From Octopus sinensis (lineage: Eukaryota): a stretch of 64,000 bases of DNA. Position 1 is the first letter of the stretch. Each line of letters begins with the position of its first letter. The position numbers and the translations under genes are program-made. Location: the NCBI RefSeq assembly GCF_006345805.1, contig NW_021831989.1, positions 558,001-622,000 on the forward strand. The letters are read 5' to 3'. The notes under the pieces were generated by a model that had not been told where the DNA came from, searched no databases, and was given only the letters and a program-made list of their open reading frames with translations. Below are positions 60,609 through 64,000 of this stretch, piece by piece.

Positions 60609-63600
60609 TTAAATAATGTTATTTAATTTTATGAATAGTTTGGAATAAATTAGTAAAGAATCCAAGTTTAGTAAAGAATCCAAAATAAATGACAAATATA
60701 AGCTAAAGGTTGGAGGGATAGTACATATCAAATTCCTATCACCCCGCACATCGTCAACCCGTCCTACTGCGGGCCACACCTTGTTAGGAGAATTATTAAT
60801 TCCCTGGAAATAAAAATAGTCGCAAACTAATGGAAATGCTGCAACTTCACGAGAATATGGTCTATCCCAGTGCGAAGAACACACTACCCGTGCAGTATGA
60901 GGGGACATCTAAATTAATATAAAATTAAAGTACTTTGATTGGATTGCAAAGACGATCTATTTTTCCATTTTCCACATCTCGGATTTCTGAACGAATTCCT
61001 AAAAAAACTCTAGATAAATAGACCAATCATGGCATCACAGAATCTATTTAATTCTACCAAGGACTCTGATTCAGTAGGCTCTATCATGAGGACACTTCTC
61101 AAAGGGAAAGCCACAGTTGGAGCATGATATCCTTTCGTGTTAAAAAGAAAGAATCACCATAGTCCATCAGTCTTTTAGCAACATCTATTGGTTCGATAGA
61201 AGCCGACTTGTTAAACTCTTCCAAACAAATGACAAACTCATGTGCACAGAACCCTACCAAAGTGACTCCAAAATACCTTGATCATTGTGGAAAAGAATTC
61301 TGTAATGAGGGGCCAGACGGACTCGAAGGTAGTTTGCGTTGAGAAGTGCTATCTTAGAGGCATCGGAAAGACCACTGGCCCCCATCATTTTTAGGTAGAG
61401 TAAAGAAATCAACAAAATAGAAGCTGATCCGTAGTTCGCACTCGAAACTGAAAAACCAGGAACACCACTCAGTGGGTCTGTAGGCAAAAAGGGTACGAGA
61501 TCCTCCCGACTTTAAGTAATAAACCGATAAGTACACTCCAATAGGTCCCATTCCGGGCCCCCCGCCACCATGAGGAATCGTGAATGTCTTGTGAAGGTTA
61601 ATGTGGCACACGTCCGCACCATATTCGGCCGGAAGACAAAGGCCAACTTGTGCATTCAGATTTGCACCGTCGAGATAGATTTTTCCCCCAACATTGTGTA
61701 CGAGCTGACAAATCCGTTGAATTTGGCTATCGAATACTCCAAAAGTTGAGGGATATGTTATCATCAGACAGGCGATTCTTTCTCCAAAACGCTTGCACTA
61801 AAAACGTCAATTTTATCTCATTACTAAATCCTCGAGTTGATCGAAATCGATTCCGCCGTTTTTACATGTTCTTAAAATCTTTACTTCCATTCCCGCCATT
61901 GCGGCACTGGCGGGATTAGTTCCATGTGCGGACTCGGGAATGAGGCAAATCTGAATTGTCTAAACAAAATGAACTTTCCGCTGAGTCTCTCTCCGACTTT
62001 CAAAGTACCGAATAATGGCGAGGAGTCCTGCCAACTCTCCCTGGGCACCACTTATAATTTGATTTAAACTTCAACCTGTTTGGTTGGAATGAAAATTTAG
62101 AAAATCCCGTGATTTGACAGAGATAGTCTTCAAGTTCTTTAATTAGACGAATGTAGCCAGATGCTTGTTCGTGAGGGACGAATGGATGAATTGCACTAAA
62201 ACCTTCCCAAGAAAGGGGCTTTAGATTATGCTGGTTTAGGTTACAGTCAAGGCTGTGGCTGAGTTCAGCTTCATTGTGCAGGATCCCAACGTTATCATCG
62301 AATGGACGAGGGAAATGTCCTTATTTTCCAACCGTTTTAGCAACCTCATAAACTCTGTCTCTGTCCTATAACTATTTTTATTATTTAACTCAAATTATTA
62401 CTCTTTAAAGACTCGCGCTGTTAAAAAATCAGTTTTCCGAGAAAATTTGTTGTTTTGTTCGAAAGTCGAAGGTGTGGCAGTCCACGCCTCATTCTGAAAG
62501 ATAGGGAACATTAAATTACTTTGTACGCTACGTCGAACACTTTGCACATTGTTTGCATATCTTTGGAAGTTACAGTCTCGTCCAACGCAACAATGATCTT
62601 TTTCAGATAAGTTAAAATCTTACGTGTCCATTAAAGTTGTATCGAAAGTTAAGTCCATTTTGTATTGCCCTGGCTCGAATTTGATCACAGTTCATTTGGT
62701 CAACCCTGACAGCAATAGTGTCAAAAAAGTCATTAGACATGATCTCATATCCACCTTTCTTAAGTTCTAATAGTTTTAAAGTGCTGATATTTACGTTCGG
62801 CCAGATATTTCGCGTTTGAATTCGATTGTTTAGCAAATGTCTCAAGATTCTCTCGCCCGTGATATACACAATAAAAAGCACATAAATTCGCAAGCAATGC
62901 TTGAGATGTACATATGTTGCTTGTAGCCGATCCCCTCCGAATGTGCTGTTCACGAGTTTGCAGGGCTAGTCTGTAGCTATCCTCTCCGTCTTTAGTGCTC
63001 GAATAATTCACCAATCTTACATAGATTTTCCGATTATTCTGCCAGGTAGACTTCTAACGTAATCTCTCCGACAAGCTATAAAGGCTGCGTGGGGTCCTCC
63101 AAATCCAAGAGGCTGGCCGAGTCGTTGGGAGGATCCAACAGCAATGTCAACTCCAAAGTCTCCTGGGGGAGTTATTAGAGTGAGTGCAAGCAAGTCAGTA
63201 GCACAAATTGTTACAATCTACTCAAAATAAATTAAGGAATATATCACGTTTTGTTCCTTCGATTTAGAAACAAGCAAAGAATAGTCTTTAATTTCGCCTA
63301 GAGTATTCGGGTATTGAAATACAACAGCAGCAATGTCATTGATTTGACTAAAGTTACTCAAAGGTAGCACAGACAATTCCCAACCAAATAATCTATAATT
63401 AAAAAACAGTGTACTTTGAACGAGAATAAACAACCGACATAGTTTGGGGGTGCATATTTTCGTCAACAACAAAATGCCGCCTCTTTGTAATACTAAATAT
63501 ATATTGAATCTAAACTGAACCGATGAGCCATGGCCATTGCCTCAGCCACGGCGGTTCCTTCGTCCAAAAGCGATGCATTGGAAATTGGAAGACCTGTCAA

Positions 63601-64000
63601 GTCTGAAATAACAGTCTGGTATATAAAAAGAGCCTCAAGACGGCCCTGAGATATTTCTGCCTGATATGGAGTGTATGCAGTGTACCTTCAAAAATTTATC
63701 AATAAGGTACACCAGGCAGGGTTTTCAAGGACATTCCTAATTATAGTAGTCGGGACATGGCAGTTATGGTAACCCATTCCAATAAATGAACGATAAACCT
63801 TGTTTGATTTTGACAGGAGTTCTGCATATTTTAGAGCCTGGTATTCATCTAAATTTTTTAAAAATTAAAAACTTAGTTCTAGAGGGAGTTTGAGCCGTTT
63901 TTTGATTAGAATATCAGAAGGAATTGCTTTTGAAGCAAGGTCCTCAAGAGTCTTAAATATTGTACAAAATATTCTACCTCTGCTTCGACCGACCTCAACA
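60609..64000 (-). CDS. GLDC: Glycine dehydrogenase (decarboxylating), glycine cleavage P protein; 5' end beyond window
   Basis: [95 protein letters not shown] (PLP lysine), MIEPTESE. About 20 introns of 22-30 nt, with an open frame after splicing. Confidence 0.96.

Noticed and set aside
1-64000. Ciliate, microsporidian or prokaryotic origin; rRNA, tRNA, SL RNA or CRISPR arrays
   Set aside because: TAA/TAG are used as stops, the genes are intron-rich and animal-type (TnC, SLMAP, GLDC), and no RNA-gene or repeat-spacer signature was recognised by eye. A covariance-model search was not possible.

Overview
This is a 64 kb AT-rich eukaryotic (animal) genomic window, mostly nested and decayed transposable elements. 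Five compact host genes are embedded in it: a CPVL-like serine carboxypeptidase (25231-26765, +), a mollusc-type troponin C (49936-50623, -), an SLMAP-like FHA/coiled-coil gene (~51970-53666, -), a CFAP97-domain gene (56780-~57418, +) and glycine decarboxylase GLDC (60609->64000, -; 5' end outside the window). The ORF track shows these genes only as fragments because they are split by about 50 ultra-short GT-AG introns, nearly all 22-31 nt, which I reconstructed by hand. Ultra-short introns, standard stop codons, TTAGGG-type repeats and a lophotrochozoan-type troponin C suggest a dicyemid-like (Mesozoa) host; this is inference. TE content includes hAT (CGGBP1-like, Buster/SPIN, BED types), pogo/Tigger, an IR/DR Tc1, Merlin, MULE, GIN/Ginger-like integrases, many CRE-clade RLE retrotransposons (PHD finger in the two longest), Jockey/I-type LINEs (one with an intact 865-aa ORF2), an RTE-type LINE and R4/NeSL-like fragments. 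The most notable observations are three. (1) (TTAGGG)n lies inside the target-site duplication at the 5' junction of a truncated RTE insertion, in the orientation expected if telomerase extended the cut target. (2) Transposon genes carry host-type ultra-short introns, including a GIN-like integrase that is fully open after splicing and shares intron positions with its paralogues. (3) The PHD-bearing CRE elements appear dispersed rather than site-specific. No rRNA, tRNA or CRISPR array was recognised.
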